A stretch of 64,000 nucleotides of DNA from Squalus acanthias (taxonomy: Eukaryota): the NCBI GenBank assembly GCA_030390025.1, contig CM059438.1:63118001-63182000 (forward strand), read 5' to 3'. This document shows positions 37,290 through 49,813 of this stretch, piece after piece. The position numbers were made by a program, and so were the translations under genes. The number at the start of each line of letters is the position of its first letter. Positions within the stretch are counted from its first letter, which is position 1. The notes under the pieces were generated by a model. The model was given only the letters and a program-made list of their open reading frames with translations. It did not search any database and was not told where the DNA came from.

Positions 37290-37555
37290 AGGTCATTCAG
37301 GGGTGATGTCAGGAAGCACTTTATTCACACAAAGGGTAGTGGAAATCTGGAAAACTCTTTCCCAAAAAGCTGTTGAGGCTAAGTCAATTGAAAATTTCAA
37401 AACTGAGATTGATAGATTTTTGTTAGGTAAGGGTATCAAGGGATACAGAAAAAAAGGCGGGTAAATGGAGTTAAGATACAGATCAGCCATGATCTAATTG
37501 AATGGCGGAGCAAGCTCGAGGGACTGAATGGCCTTCTCCTGTTCGTATGTTCCTA
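37290..37555 (+). mobile_element. CR1 3' end, heavily 5'-truncated
   Basis: FTQRVVEIWKTL remnant plus 3' UTR. Confidence 0.75.
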
Positions 37556-37631
37556 TAGCCGAGTGACGTAACTCGTAGGGATACCCTTGGAATGCAGACA
37601 CATCTATAGTCAGAATCCATGTTTTTTGTTA

Positions 37632-39678
37632 CAGAAACATAGAAGATAGGAGCAGGAGTAGGCCATTCGGCCCCTCGAGCCTTTTCTGCCAATTAATGAG
37701 ATCATGGCTGATCATCCAAATTCAGTACCCTGTCCCTGCTTTCTCCCCATATCCCTTGATCACTTTAACCTTAAGAAATATATCTAACTCCTTCTTGAAT
37801 ATATTTAATGAATTGGCCTCAACTGCCTCCTGTGGTAGAGAATTCCACAGGTTCACCACTCTCTGGGTGAAGAAATTCCTCCTCATCTCAGTCCTAAATG
37901 GCTTACCCCTTATCCTTAGACTGTGACCCCTGGTTCTGGACTCCCCCGCCATCGGGAACATCCTTCCTGCATCTAGTCTGTCTAGTCCTGTTAGAATTTT
38001 ATAAGTTTCAATGAGATCCCCTCTCATTCTTCTAAACTCTAGCGAATATAAGCCTAATCGACCCACTCTCTCTTCATACGTCATTCCTGCCATCCCAGGT
38101 ATCAGTCTGGTGAATCTTCGCTGCACTCCCTCCATGGCAAGAACATCCTTCCTCAGATAAGGTGACCAAAACTGCACACAATACTCAAGGTGTGGTCTCA
38201 CCAAGGCCCTGTACAACTGCAGCAAGACATCCTTGCTCCTGTACTCGAATCCTCTCGCTATGAAGGCCAACATACCATTTGCCTTCTTAACAGCCTGCTG
38301 CACCTGCATGCTTACCTTCAGCGACTGGTGCACAAGGACACCCAGGTCTCGTTGCACTTCCCCTTTTCCCAATCTATTGCCGTTCAGATAATAATCTGCC
38401 TTCCTGTTTTTGCCACCAAAGTGGATAACCTCGCATTTATCCACATTATACTGCATCTGCCATGCATCTGCCCAATTACCCAACCTGTCCAAATCATACT
38501 GGAGTTTCTCTGCATCCTCCTCACAGCACACACGCCCACCCAGCTTTGTGTCGTCTGCAAACTTGTAGATATTACATCTAGTTCCCTCGTCTAGATCATT
38601 AATATATATTGTGAATAGCTGGGGTCCTAGCACCGATCCCTGTGGTACCCCACTAGTCACTGCCTGCTGCTCGGAAAAAGACCCGTTTATTCCAACTCTT
38701 CGCTTCCTGTATGCCAACCAGTTCTCTATCCAAGTCAGTACCTTACCCCCAATCCCATGTGCTTTAACTTTGCACGCTAATCTCTTATGCGGGACCTTAT
38801 CGAAAGCCTTCTGAAAGTCCAAATACACCACATTCACTGGTTCTCCCTTATCGATCCTACCAGTTACATCCTCAAAAAATTCCAGTAGATTAGTCAAGCA
38901 TGATTTACCTTTTGTAAATCCATGTTGACTTTGTCCGATCCTGTCACTGTTTTCCAAGTGCTCTGCTATTACATCTTTTATAATGGACTCTAGCATTTTC
39001 CCCACTACCGATGTCAGGCTTACCGGTCTATAATTCCCCGTTTTCTCTCTCCCACCTTTTTTAAATAGTGGGGTTACATTAGCTACCCTCCAATCCATGG
39101 GAACTGTTGCAGAGTCTATCGAATTTTGGAAGATGACCAGCAATGCATCTACTATTTCTAGGGCCACTTCCTTAAGTACCCTAGGTTGTAGATTATCAGG
39201 CCCTGGGGATTTATCGGCCTTCAATCCCGTCAATTTCCCGAACACCATTTCCCTACAAATACTGATTTCATTCAATTCCTCCCTCTCATTAGACACTATG
39301 TTCCCCGACATCTCTGGGAGGTTATTTGTGTCCTCCTTTGTGAAGACGGAACCAAAGTATGTATTTAATTGGTCTGCCATTTCTTTGTTCCCCATTATAT
39401 ATTCTCCTGATTCTGACTGCAAGGGACCTACACTTGACTTCACCAATCTTTTTCTCTTCACATATCTATAGAAGCTTTTACAGTCAGTTTTTATGTTCCC
39501 TGCAAGCTTACTCTCATATTCTATTGTCCCCCTCTTAATTAATCCCTTTGTCCTCCTTTGCTGAATCCTAAACTGCTTCCAGTCCTCAGGTTTGCTGCTT
39601 TTTCTGGCCAATTTATATGTCCTCTCCTTGGATCTTATGCTATCCCTAATTTCCCTTGTTAGCCACGGTTGAGTCACC
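37632..39678 (-). mobile_element. Young CR1 LINE, 5'-truncated, with uninterrupted 651-codon ORF2 segment (complete RT domain, no endonuclease)
   Basis: NYRPVSLTS, QHGF, YLDFQKAFDKV, SGVPQGSVLGP and KFADD in a single open frame 37722-39677. Confidence 0.96.
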
Positions 39679-40255
39679 TTTTTATGTTAAAAGTTGATGG
39701 CTGGATCAGGGTGGGGGGGCGGGGGGGAGAGGGGTGGATGGATGGTGTCCTTTTGTTGACCTTTGTCAAGATGGCAAAAAGAAGGGGATTGATGAGGATA
39801 AATATTGGCACCACAGGAGGTTTCAGTGCAATTACTTTCATAACAGTCATGAAAATGTTCCTGGCCTTGGGACACATCTCAGGATAGCACTCACCATTCA
39901 CAACACGTTCACCAGCATCCCATCCTGAACAGCCTGAGAGCGCTGACCCCCCCCCCCCCCCCCCCAAAAAAAAAGTGGAGCTCCAACATCCTTCACCTCA
40001 GTGCTACCCTCAGAAGTATATTCTATGCTGAAAATGTCATGGTTAGCTTTTTTTTTTAATACGCTATTAGATATTCCGTAGAGTTGCTCACTGTGATTGA
40101 GAACCTATGCTTTTTTTAAAATTACAATATGGGTGTTAGCACCAACGTGTGACGGGGAAAGTGTTATAGAAAGTAAATATGTCATTTGCAAGTAGTGCAC
40201 ACTATTCGCAAGACTTGTAATAAATTAGATATTTGTCCCACTATATATCTTTTAG

Positions 40256-40431
40256 ATTCAGGCCAGGATCTCAGCCCTTCATCGCGTTCTTCCTGCTTGG
40301 AGACCAAGGTCAGCCAGTTTATTAAGAAGTATGTAGTGTCCACCATACTTATCTCGGACACCAACACTGAGATATCTTACATTCTGCCGTCAGAAGCTGT
40401 GAAGAAAGGATGCTTTGAGAGACTTTTCCAG
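40256..40431 (+). CDS. ABCA2: ABCA2 exon w13 (R1): (D)[25 protein letters not shown]...[10 protein letters not shown]
   Basis: Acceptor tcttttag (an in-frame alternative AG lies 6 nt downstream), donor cag|gtaatg; 176 nt, phase 1 to 0. Confidence 0.92.
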
Positions 40432-40667
40432 GTAATGTTGTCTCCTCTAATAGCCTATCCCTATAATTGTAATAGAATAATTAGAAGGTAAGTGTCTTTA
40501 TAGATAACATTTGGTCCATGTAATCTCCTGAATTGGCTTTCATTGCTTGAGGGGGTTGGAAAGGAATTTTCCAGAGTATTTTCTCCCTTATTGCCCCTGG
40601 GTTTTTCTCTCTTTTTTGCCTCTCTCAGGAGATTACATGGCTGCGAGGGGAAGTGTTTCGTCATGAT

Positions 40668-41727
40668 TGACTTAGTGGCAGGAGGCAGAGGGTGATGGTC
40701 GAAGGTTGTTTTTGTGACTGGAAGCCTGTGTCCAGTGGTGTACCGCAGGGATCGGTGCTGGGTCCTTTGCAGTTTGTAGTGTGCATTAATGATTTAGATA
40801 TGAATGTAGGAGGTATGATCAGTAACTTCGCAGATGACACGAAAATTGATGGAGTGGTAAATAGCGAGGAGGGAAGCCTCAGGCTACAGGACGATATAGA
40901 CAGGATGGTTAGATGGGCAGAACAGTGGCAAATGGAATTTAATCCTGAAAAGTGTGAGGTGATGCATTTTGGGAGGACTAACAAGGCAAGGGAATACACA
41001 ATGAATGGTAGGATCCTAGGGAGGGCAGAGGATCAGAGGGACCTTGGTGTGCATGTACATAGATCCCTGAAGGCAGCAGGACAGGTAGATAAGGTGGTTA
41101 AAAAGGCATATGGGATACTTGCCTTCATTAGCCGAGGCATAGAATATAAGAGCAGGGAGGTTATGATGGAGCTGTACAAAACGCTAGTTAGGCCACAGCT
41201 GGAATACTGTGTGCAGTTCTGGTCGCCGCACTATAGGAAGGATGTGATTGCATTGGAGAGGGTGCAGAGGATGTTACCTGGGCTGGAGCACTTCAGCTGT
41301 GAAGAGAGACTGGACAGGCTGGGGTTGTTTTCCTTAGAGCAGAGAAGGCTGAGGGAGGACCTGATTGAGGTGTACAAAATTATGAGGGGCATAGATAGGG
41401 TAGATAGAAAGGAACTTTTCCCCTTAGTAGAGGGGTCTATAACCAGGGGGCATAGTTTCAAGGTAAGGGGCAGGAGGTTTAGAGGGGATTTGAGGAATAA
41501 TATTTGCACCCAGAGGGTGGTTGGAATCTGGAACTCACTGCCTGAAAGGGTGGTAGAGGCAGGAACCCTCAACATTCAAGAAGCATTTAGATGAGCACTT
41601 GAAACGCCATAGCATACAAGGCTACGGACCAAGTGCTGGAAAATGGGATTAGAATAGACAGGGCTTGATGGCCGGCGTGGACACGATGGGCCGAAGGGCC
41701 TCTTTCTGTGCTGTATAACTCTATGAT
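40668..41727 (+). mobile_element. CR1 LINE, 5'-truncated, nested in an older repeat (related copy at about 56530-56750, minus strand)
   Basis: 300-aa ORF with GVPQGSVLGP and NFADD; atgat on both flanks. Confidence 0.92.
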
Positions 41728-42867
41728 GTTCCGGCCATCATGGTGTGGGGCAGGCTTGATGGACCAGCTGATCTTTTTCTGCCCATCAATTTTGTATGTT
41801 TGTAAATAATAATATAATCCCCAGCAGCGGGGTGTGGGTACATGAGACCTTCAGAGAAGCAGCATGTCAGGGACTGGATGTCACATGGATCAAGAACACA
41901 CTTCTTGCCTTTGCGGGACTTGGGTTCAAACAGCCCAGACAGGTCGGAGGAAAATCTCACCTGTCTGTCTGCGAAGTATTGTATCGGCATTTTTTTTACA
42001 ATTAGTTCTCCTATAGTTCAAATCACAGGAGACTGAAGTCTGTTTGCCAGCTCTCTGTGCTCGCTTTGCTAAATTCAACTTCCTTCCCTCAACGGCAAAA
42101 CGTTGGTGTGGAATTCTGACATTGGAATAGAAGAACTGGTTTTATTAATGGCTGCTTATAGTGACACCACTATTCCCAGTCAGAATGGAGATGATTGGGT
42201 AATTCCCCTGTCAGTCTCGCCTGGAGACTGCACTGCTGGAAGTGACTGGGATTAATTTTATGCACAGAATTTGTATTATGTAACTATCCTCCACTCACTG
42301 CATTTTGCTGGAGAAATAACCCTGCTTTTATCAGGAGACTCTGCTGTAGTTTCGGTCATGAGTTCTGTTTGCTGCAATTCATAGAGACTCTTTTTAAATA
42401 GACTCTGTTTGCTGTAGTGCACTGTTTAAAGAATTCTGTGGTCTTCTGGTGGTCCATTGCAGTAATACCAGATGGTATAGCTGGGTTTTTCCATCCCTTG
42501 GGCTTTGAACCTAATTTTGGCCAATGCACTGAGTCTCACCGCAGCACAGTGATAACGGGATGTAAAGTGGTCACATACTGAATCAAGGATGGTTAAGGCT
42601 AGAAGGGAAATTTAACGGACCTAATCCAATTGCTCTACATACCATGCACTTTGAACATTGTTGTACTAGAGTAGTGCCGCATGTGGGAGAGGGGAGATAG
42701 ACTGCTCGGTAATGACACCTTGTTTATACATTCTGATACGAACTTACATAATGGATTTCTCTGAGAGCTTCATTGGGATGCTCCCTCTTGCATACCTATT
42801 TCAGAACTAGACAAGTGGAAATAATAGTGACACGGGGTACACTGAAGTAACGATTCTTTCTTGGTAG

Positions 42868-42988
42868 GCCCTGGATCTGAACCTGGAGGACCTGAATTTG
42901 ACTAGTTTTGGTTTGATGGACACCACACTGGAGGAGGTTTTTCTGAAGGTTTCTGAAGAAGATCAGTCCTTGGAGAACAGTGACATAG
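42868..42988 (+). CDS. ABCA2: ABCA2 exon w14: [40 protein letters not shown]
   Basis: Acceptor tcttggtag, donor g|gtagat; 121 nt; carries the ABCA motif TTLEEVFL. Confidence 0.95.
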
Positions 42989-43523
42989 GTAGATATGAAA
43001 GACCTAATGTAAGGAGGCATCTTTTATTGTCCATTGATTGACTTAATACATTTATTCTCTGTTGGTTAATAACGGTCTCACTGTGCCAATTGAACAAAGA
43101 AAAACAGTTGTAAATAGCCAAAATGGCTTCCAATTTCAATCAGCAACAACAGCTTGTATTTATTGAGCATCTTTAATGCAGAGAAATATTCCAAGGTACT
43201 TCGCAGTGATGTAAGGAAACTGGAGCAATCTAGCTCGTGATCTAATGAGCAGTATTAGACCAGCTTTTATTTTCCCTGTTCCACCCAATAATTTTCTCTC
43301 TTGTGAAGCCACTCAATCATGCTGGGGTCTGGCGACACAGGTGCTAATTTGCCTGCAGTTATCTGACCAATGTTCATGTGCAAGCCTAAGTCTCAGAGGG
43401 CTGTTGAACCGTGAGGGGCATTCCAGCAGAGCTCGACGCGGTCATCGCCCGACGCACCCACAAATGTGCGAGAATAGCAATCAGGAGTGGAAACTCTGGC
43501 CGATTCTTCCCTCCCAAGCCTAA

Positions 43524-43752
43524 TGACATGAATCTTGTCATTCATGTGGAAATGACTTATGAAATAATACTGGGCGGCCTGCTGGTGGCGCTGTCCAGGG
43601 AGAGTATAAATACTCGGGCATGGGACCAGCTTGCTCAGGACATTCTTTAACAGGAACTAGTAAAGGACACAACTAGATCTCCATGTTGAAAAACAGTTGA
43701 TTCCAGCTTTGTTTAACGCTTAGACCAAGTGCCTAGTAGTTTTCTTACGTCA
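43524..43752 (+). mobile_element. Solo LTR, copy 3 (229 bp)
   Basis: TGAC...GTCA termini, near-identical to copy 1; flanks cctaa/cctgg match at only 3 of 5 positions. Confidence 0.85.
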
Positions 43753-43958
43753 CCTGGGATTTGCTAAGGCACAGCATCCTGGATGAAATCAGCTAACTCA
43801 GCACAGGTGGCAGTTAAACCTGGACTTTGTGGCTCAGTACCACGTAGGCAAACTGAGTCATTAGGAGGAAACATCTCCAATTTGACCAATATGCCAGTTT
43901 TCTCCATCATGTAAGCGGTTTCAAAAGGGCGTTGTGTACACAAATAATGAGTATATTA

Positions 43959-44290
43959 GGTGTCAGCTGTGGCTCAGTAGTAGCACGCTCGCCTCTGCGT
44001 CAGAAGGTTGTGGGTTCAAGCCCCCCACTCCAGAGACTTGAGCACAAAAATCTAGGCTAGCACTTCAGCGCAGTGCTGAGGGAGTGGCTGCACTGTCGGT
44101 GGTGCCGTCTTTCGGATGAAACTGAGGGTCCTGTCTGCCCTCTCAGAAATATTTCTGAGAAACGGGGGAGTTCTCCTCGTGTCTTGACCAACCCATGTCC
44201 CTCAACCCATGTCACTAAAAAAAAAAAATTTATCTGGCCATTTATCTTATTGCTGTTTGTGGGATCTTGCTGTGCACAACATAGTCCACT
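43959..44290 (+). mobile_element. DeuSINE (SacSINE1-like), partial
   Basis: tRNA-like head tggctcagtagtagc...gggttcaagccc and Deu-type body. Confidence 0.8.
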
Positions 44291-44914
44291 TGTGGGGTAT
44301 AAATTACAACCCACAACTTTGTTGCTTTTTTTTAAAACTTGAAAAACATGAGTCTCGAAGAGAATGAGAGACATACGGGTTTGCATGTCTAGATATCTGT
44401 GATGTATAAAATATGTTTGTCTGATTTTCCTCCTTGCTTTCTCTGCAACAATTTAAAATGTCCAGGTCAGCATTGTAAAGTCACAAATTTAATGGAATGT
44501 GCTCTTGTTTCAGAAGAAAACATGTAGTTGGTAAATACAAATTCATGCACATGCAATATTCCATATAAATCCCATTAAGGCTTTCCAACGTAAACATTAG
44601 GATTGAACCTTTTAAAGCCACGGCCTGTGGGAACCGCTAAATCTAATAGTGCAGAGCAGTAAAGTGCTTGGCTATGGGGAAAGAGCAGTGGAGTGGGACT
44701 AATTGGATCGCTCTTTCTAAGTGCCGGCACAGGCACAATGGGCCGAATGGCCTCCTTCTGTGCTGTATGATTCTATGTCCTCTGATATTCCAGAATTCCT
44801 TGGTTCTAAGTATTACGGGCATATTCAAATTGGCATAAACAGTGTAGGTTACACTATAGAATGACCATAAATATACCCCAGATTGTGAAATTATAGCAGT
44901 TGTTTATATTGACA

Positions 44915-46160
44915 GGACATCTCTCAACTTGATTGAATTTTTTGAGGAGGTAACAAGGAGGGTAGAGCGCTTGATGTAGTGTATATGGACTTTAGCAAGG
45001 TTTTTGATAAGGTTCCACATGGCAGACCGGTCGCGAAGTTAAAAGCCCATGAGATCCAGGGCAAAGTGTCAAGTTGGATTCAAAACTGGCTCGGAGACAG
45101 GAAGCAGAGGGTAATGGTTGATGGGTGTTTTTGTGACTGGAAGGCTGTTTCCAGTGGGGTTCCGCAGGGCTCAGTACTAGGCCCCTTGCTTTTTGTGGTA
45201 TATATCAATTATCTAGACTTGAATATAGGGGGTATGATTTAAGAAGTTTGCAGATGATACTAAAATCGGCTGTGTGGTTGATACTGAAGAAGGAAGCTGT
45301 AGACTGCAGGAAGATATCAATAAATTGGTCAGGTGGGCAGAACAGTGGCAAATGGAACTCAATCCGGAGAAGTGTGAGGTAATGCATTTGGGGAGGGCTA
45401 ACAAGGAAAGGGAATACACATTAAATGGTAGGACACTGAGTAGTGTAGAGGAACATGGCGTGCATGTCCACAGATCCCTGAAGGTAGCAGGCCAGGTAGA
45501 TAAGGTGGTTAAGAAGGCATACGGAATGCTTGCCTTTATTAGCCGTGGCATAGAATACAAGAGCAGGGGGGTTATGCTTCAACTGTATAAAACACTAGTT
45601 AGGCCTCAGCTAGAGTATTGCGTGCAGTTCTGGTCACCACATTACAGGAAAGATGTGATTGCACTAGAGAGGGTACAGAGGAGATTTACAAGGATGTTGC
45701 CGGGAGTAGAGAATCTTAGCTATGAGGAAAGACTGGATAGGCTGGGTCTGTTTTCCTTGGAACAGAGGAGGCTGAGGGGAGACCTTATTGAGGTGTATAA
45801 AATTATGAGGGGCATAGATAAAGTGGTTAGAAAGGACCTATTTCCCTTAGTAGAGGGGCCAAAAACCAGGGGGCACAGATTTAAAGTAATTGGGGGAAGG
45901 TTTAGAGGGGATTTGAAGGGAAATTTCTTCACCCAGAGGGTTGTGGGGGTCTGGAACTCACTGCCTGAAAGGGTGGTAGAGGCAGGAACCCTAACCACAT
46001 TTAAAAAGTACTTGGATGTGCACTTGAGATGCTGTAACCTGCAGGGCTACGGACCAAGAGCTGGGAAGTGGGATTAGGCTGGATAGCTCTTTGTTGGCCG
46101 GCGCGGACACAATGGGCCGAAATGGCCTCCTTCCGTGCTGTAACTTTCTATGATTCTATG
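44915..46160 (+). mobile_element. CR1 LINE, 5'-truncated
   Basis: YMDFSKVFDKVPH, SGVPQGSVLGP, one frameshift, then a 267-aa C-terminal ORF and tail. Confidence 0.93.
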
Positions 46161-46856
46161 AACTGCCATGTTAACTGAGATTCAAAGGAGGGAAGATATT
46201 CATTGGACAACACAACAACACGTATTTATATAGCGCCTTTAACGTAGTAAAATGTCCCAAGGCGCTTCACAGGAGAATTATAAGACAAAAAATTTGACGC
46301 AAACGTATGCTTTTAAAATGTCAAAGGCCCTGAAATTATCCTGGGAAAACTAATGTACAGATGCTTACTGCATTTGTCTTAAATTCATCTCTTGGCTGCT
46401 TCAGTGAAGGAGTTGACCCATTCATTTTAAACGAGTTAGTATCTCCGCTGATCTAGCAACGAGAGAAATTTCAGATGGCTCAGTTAAGCATTTGCACCCT
46501 AATATCGCACGTTGCAGTTTCAGACCCAAAGCATATTGCTGGGCTGTTGACGTACCATGTTAGTTAATCAGCATGCCACGCGCACCATTCCCCATGTGAA
46601 GAGTTTCCAGTCGCGGGCCTACTGAAGGGGCCAGCAAATGGAGCGATGTATCCTCGCAGGGAGGGCAAATGTGAGGGGAGAGCCAGCAAAAAATACTCCC
46701 ACACTCCACCTGATGTTTACCCCCTCCTTCCTCCCACAAAAAAAACAAGGAATGTTACGAAGACAAGATGAAATGCTAATAAAGCTGCAAGGTAAGTGGA
46801 AGTATTTGGCATGTCTCAAAACATACAAAGTTTGTTTTTGATTTTTTTTTTTAAAG

Positions 46857-47138
46857 ATGACAAAGATTCAGGGAAGGAGGCCTTGCAGACACCACAGACG
46901 GACAACAAAAATAGCCGCCACAAAGACACCCCTCCACAAGAGAGTGCCCACAAGCTGAAAGTGAACGTGAGCAATTTGGTCACCTGCGCCAGGCTAAGCC
47001 AATCCCAGTCCTCTGTGCATTCCTCCTCTTCTGTTGGTTCTGTTCGAGGTGATGAGATGGGTGGTTATTCTGAATTCTACGGAGACTACGCACCGCTCTT
47101 CGATAACCTGACCGATCCAGACAACCTCAGTTTACAAG
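46857..47138 (+). CDS. ABCA2: ABCA2 exon w15 (linker): (D)DKDSGKEALQ...SSSSVGSVRGDEMGGYSEFYGDYAPLFDNLTDPDNLSLQ
   Basis: Poly-T acceptor ttttaaag, donor g|gtatgt; 282 nt, phase 1 to 1; the 3' half matches ABCA2. Confidence 0.92.
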
Positions 47139-49044
47139 GTATGTCAACCAACCAAAGTTAAAACTGGAATAGTCTGTTGTGTTTTCTATATTTCTAGAGG
47201 TGAGAAAGGGGTCATGAATAGAGATAGTTAACCCCATAGATTTAATAGCTAACTATTTGACTCCTGGCTTAAGGACGCGAGCAAGCTATATTTCCAGAAG
47301 AGTGTTGAAATTAGGGGAAGAGTACCTCAAGTATATGAATTTAATCCATTTTAGTTTTCTTTAAATCCCTATTCCTGAATATAAAGAATAACTCTACCAA
47401 ATGTTTGCTCAGGAGTGACCATCAGGCCGAGTATTATGAGAGCAGCCACTCTAAGTTGATGCTACCATTGACTCTGGCTAAGGAGCATGTCCATGTTAAC
47501 CGTGGAGGTTTGCAATATTTGATGTTCACGCTTGAAAACAGTTGCGCACGTTTTATCTCATTCTTTTTATTTTTGGCTTGGGGAAACGTGCAACTCTTTT
47601 CCGTTTAACGGTGTATGCGCCGATCAGTGTTTTAATTTCCTGGCCACAGGGTTAAGGAGCAACCAGCTCTCTCCGATCTTTGCCAACGTCACAGTGTCCC
47701 TGTTTGGGATGCGTGCTGCCGAAGTCTGAGGTTTTCTACTCCGAGACGATGTTACATTGAGCCACCCAGGAAACAAAACGAGAACTGGTGCAGCGTCTCA
47801 CGCTGCTGACTTGTCTCCCACTTCTCTGAATAGATTTTGGGTCTGATATATTCTGGCATTGGTTGTCAAAAGCTTCTGGACTCCTTGAAGGGTCAATGTG
47901 TCTCTCCTGTCTCCAACAGACTGGTGTTTAATATTGCTGCTTAGCTATTGTACTTTGCTGCTACAGTCTCCTATTTCAGTGCCATGTAGATATCGACTAA
48001 TTTGCTACTGTACCTGACAACTTTTGTGTTATTTTGTTTTATATAATCTTGCAGCACAGAAGGAGGCCATTCGGCCCATCGTGCCTGTGCCGGCTCTTTG
48101 AAAGAGCGATCCAATTAATCCCACTCCCCTGCCCGTTCCCCGCAGCCCTTTTTTCCTTTTTCTGTTGTGTTATATTTCATGCTTCTTCATCAATGACCAG
48201 TGTTTTCTACATTTTCGTCGGAGTCTGCCTGTAAATCAATCAAAAAAAATGACCCCAAGGCAGGACAGTTGTAGTTTGTAAGTCTGATATGTGGGACAAC
48301 ACGATCAGTGAGTCTGCTGCACGTGTTAACACGAGCAGCAGCACCGAGCTCCATCTACATTCTGGGAACCTTTCCAACAAATTTACTCATTTGCAAGACC
48401 TTTGTCCCACACTTTTACATCCAGGCCCATACATGAAAAGAAGAAGTGACACAGTAGTGTGATATAATTAAGTGGTCACAATAAAAATTGGTTTCAATTA
48501 TATTGAAACGTTTTTCCTATCAAACCAAAGCCTACCTTGGAGAATACTCTTCTGCTCTGTTCAGGAATCTATTATATTGTATTGGCCTATTGGCTCTCTA
48601 CCCTTGGCAGTGCTTTATTGCAGAGATGGCATTTATATGCAAAATGCTACGCAGTGTAATAATTACCTCATTATATTTATAGAAACCTAACCTGCGGAGG
48701 TTGACTACACAAATTTCACAGTGAATGGAACACAGATTTTACCATTCCTGCCTCATCAATTTAATTTTATTTTTATTTGAGCTTGTAAGATCGTATTTTC
48801 ATTCTGATTCTCTTCAGCTGATGAAGTCTGAAAATTTTAAATGAGGTGTTGCGAAACTTTGATGCTTGTAGCATTTTATGTCACAAAAAAATCAACTTCA
48901 ATTGAAATTTGGCCGAATGCCAACACACTGTTCAGCGTTAGCTTATTATACAGTACAGCATTTTGTCGAAGGGGTGATCTCATTATGGTAATAAGCACAA
49001 AAATCTAGGCTGATACGGAGGTGCCGTCTTTCGGATGAGACATT

Positions 49045-49813
49045 GGCCCAAAAATTCGTGAGGAAGCCTTCGTGCGAGGGTAAGGCCTCCCCGCGATCTC
49101 TCACTCCGCGTTGGCTTTTTCAGTTCCAGCTCGCACGAACTTGATGTTCTGGACAGCTGCTGTGCTGGGCTTGCGTATCCCACCGGCGTAGTTAATTCGT
49201 GCGAGCTGTGGGATCACGTGACTCAGTTAGAGCCAATGGCAGCACACCATCTTCCATTCATAACTTTCACATAAGTGCTGTGAAAGTTATGAATACTATA
49301 GCCCCCCAAAAGAACCGCTAAACCTCAATTAAATTAAAAAAAAAACTTCACATTAATAAAATAAGTATAGTTAAATAAATTAACCATTTTAAATAAAAAA
49401 TTAAATTTTTGAAAAAATTTTGAATGTTTTAAAAAGTTATAAAAATAAACTTACCTGTCTTTAAAGTCTCTAAAAAAGATATACCTGTTAAAAAAAATTC
49501 AAAATAATACTTAATTCACTACTTACCTTGTTAAAAGTGGGTCTTACTCCTCCTTTTTTTATGTGTAGAATCTTCCGTACTTACCTGCGCGTTGAAACCA
49601 CTAAGTGCACAGCGTGCGCGCAGCCTGTAGCGTGCACAGCGTGCGCGCAGCCTGTAGCGCGCACGCAGTTCACCTAGGACCCGCCCCCTTTTCCATTCAC
49701 CAAGTGCCGGTTTTCAGCGCATGCGCAGTGCATGCAGAAAACCGGCAATTGGAGACAGAATACGCGAGAGTACGCAGTGCGTACTCTCGCGTAGCAGGAC
49801 TAATTTTTGGGCC
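49045..49813. mobile_element. Non-autonomous DNA element, family B copy 2, inserted into a DeuSINE (about 48990-49044 plus 49814-50122)
   Basis: att|ggcccaaaaatt...aatttttgggcc|att with a perfect 12-bp TIR; removal restores the SINE sequence ggatgagacattaaa. Confidence 0.88.

Noticed and set aside
48815..48840. CTGATGA-agtct-GAAA hammerhead-like core
   Set aside because: Stem II cannot form, there is no stem I/III pairing, and there is no Penelope context.
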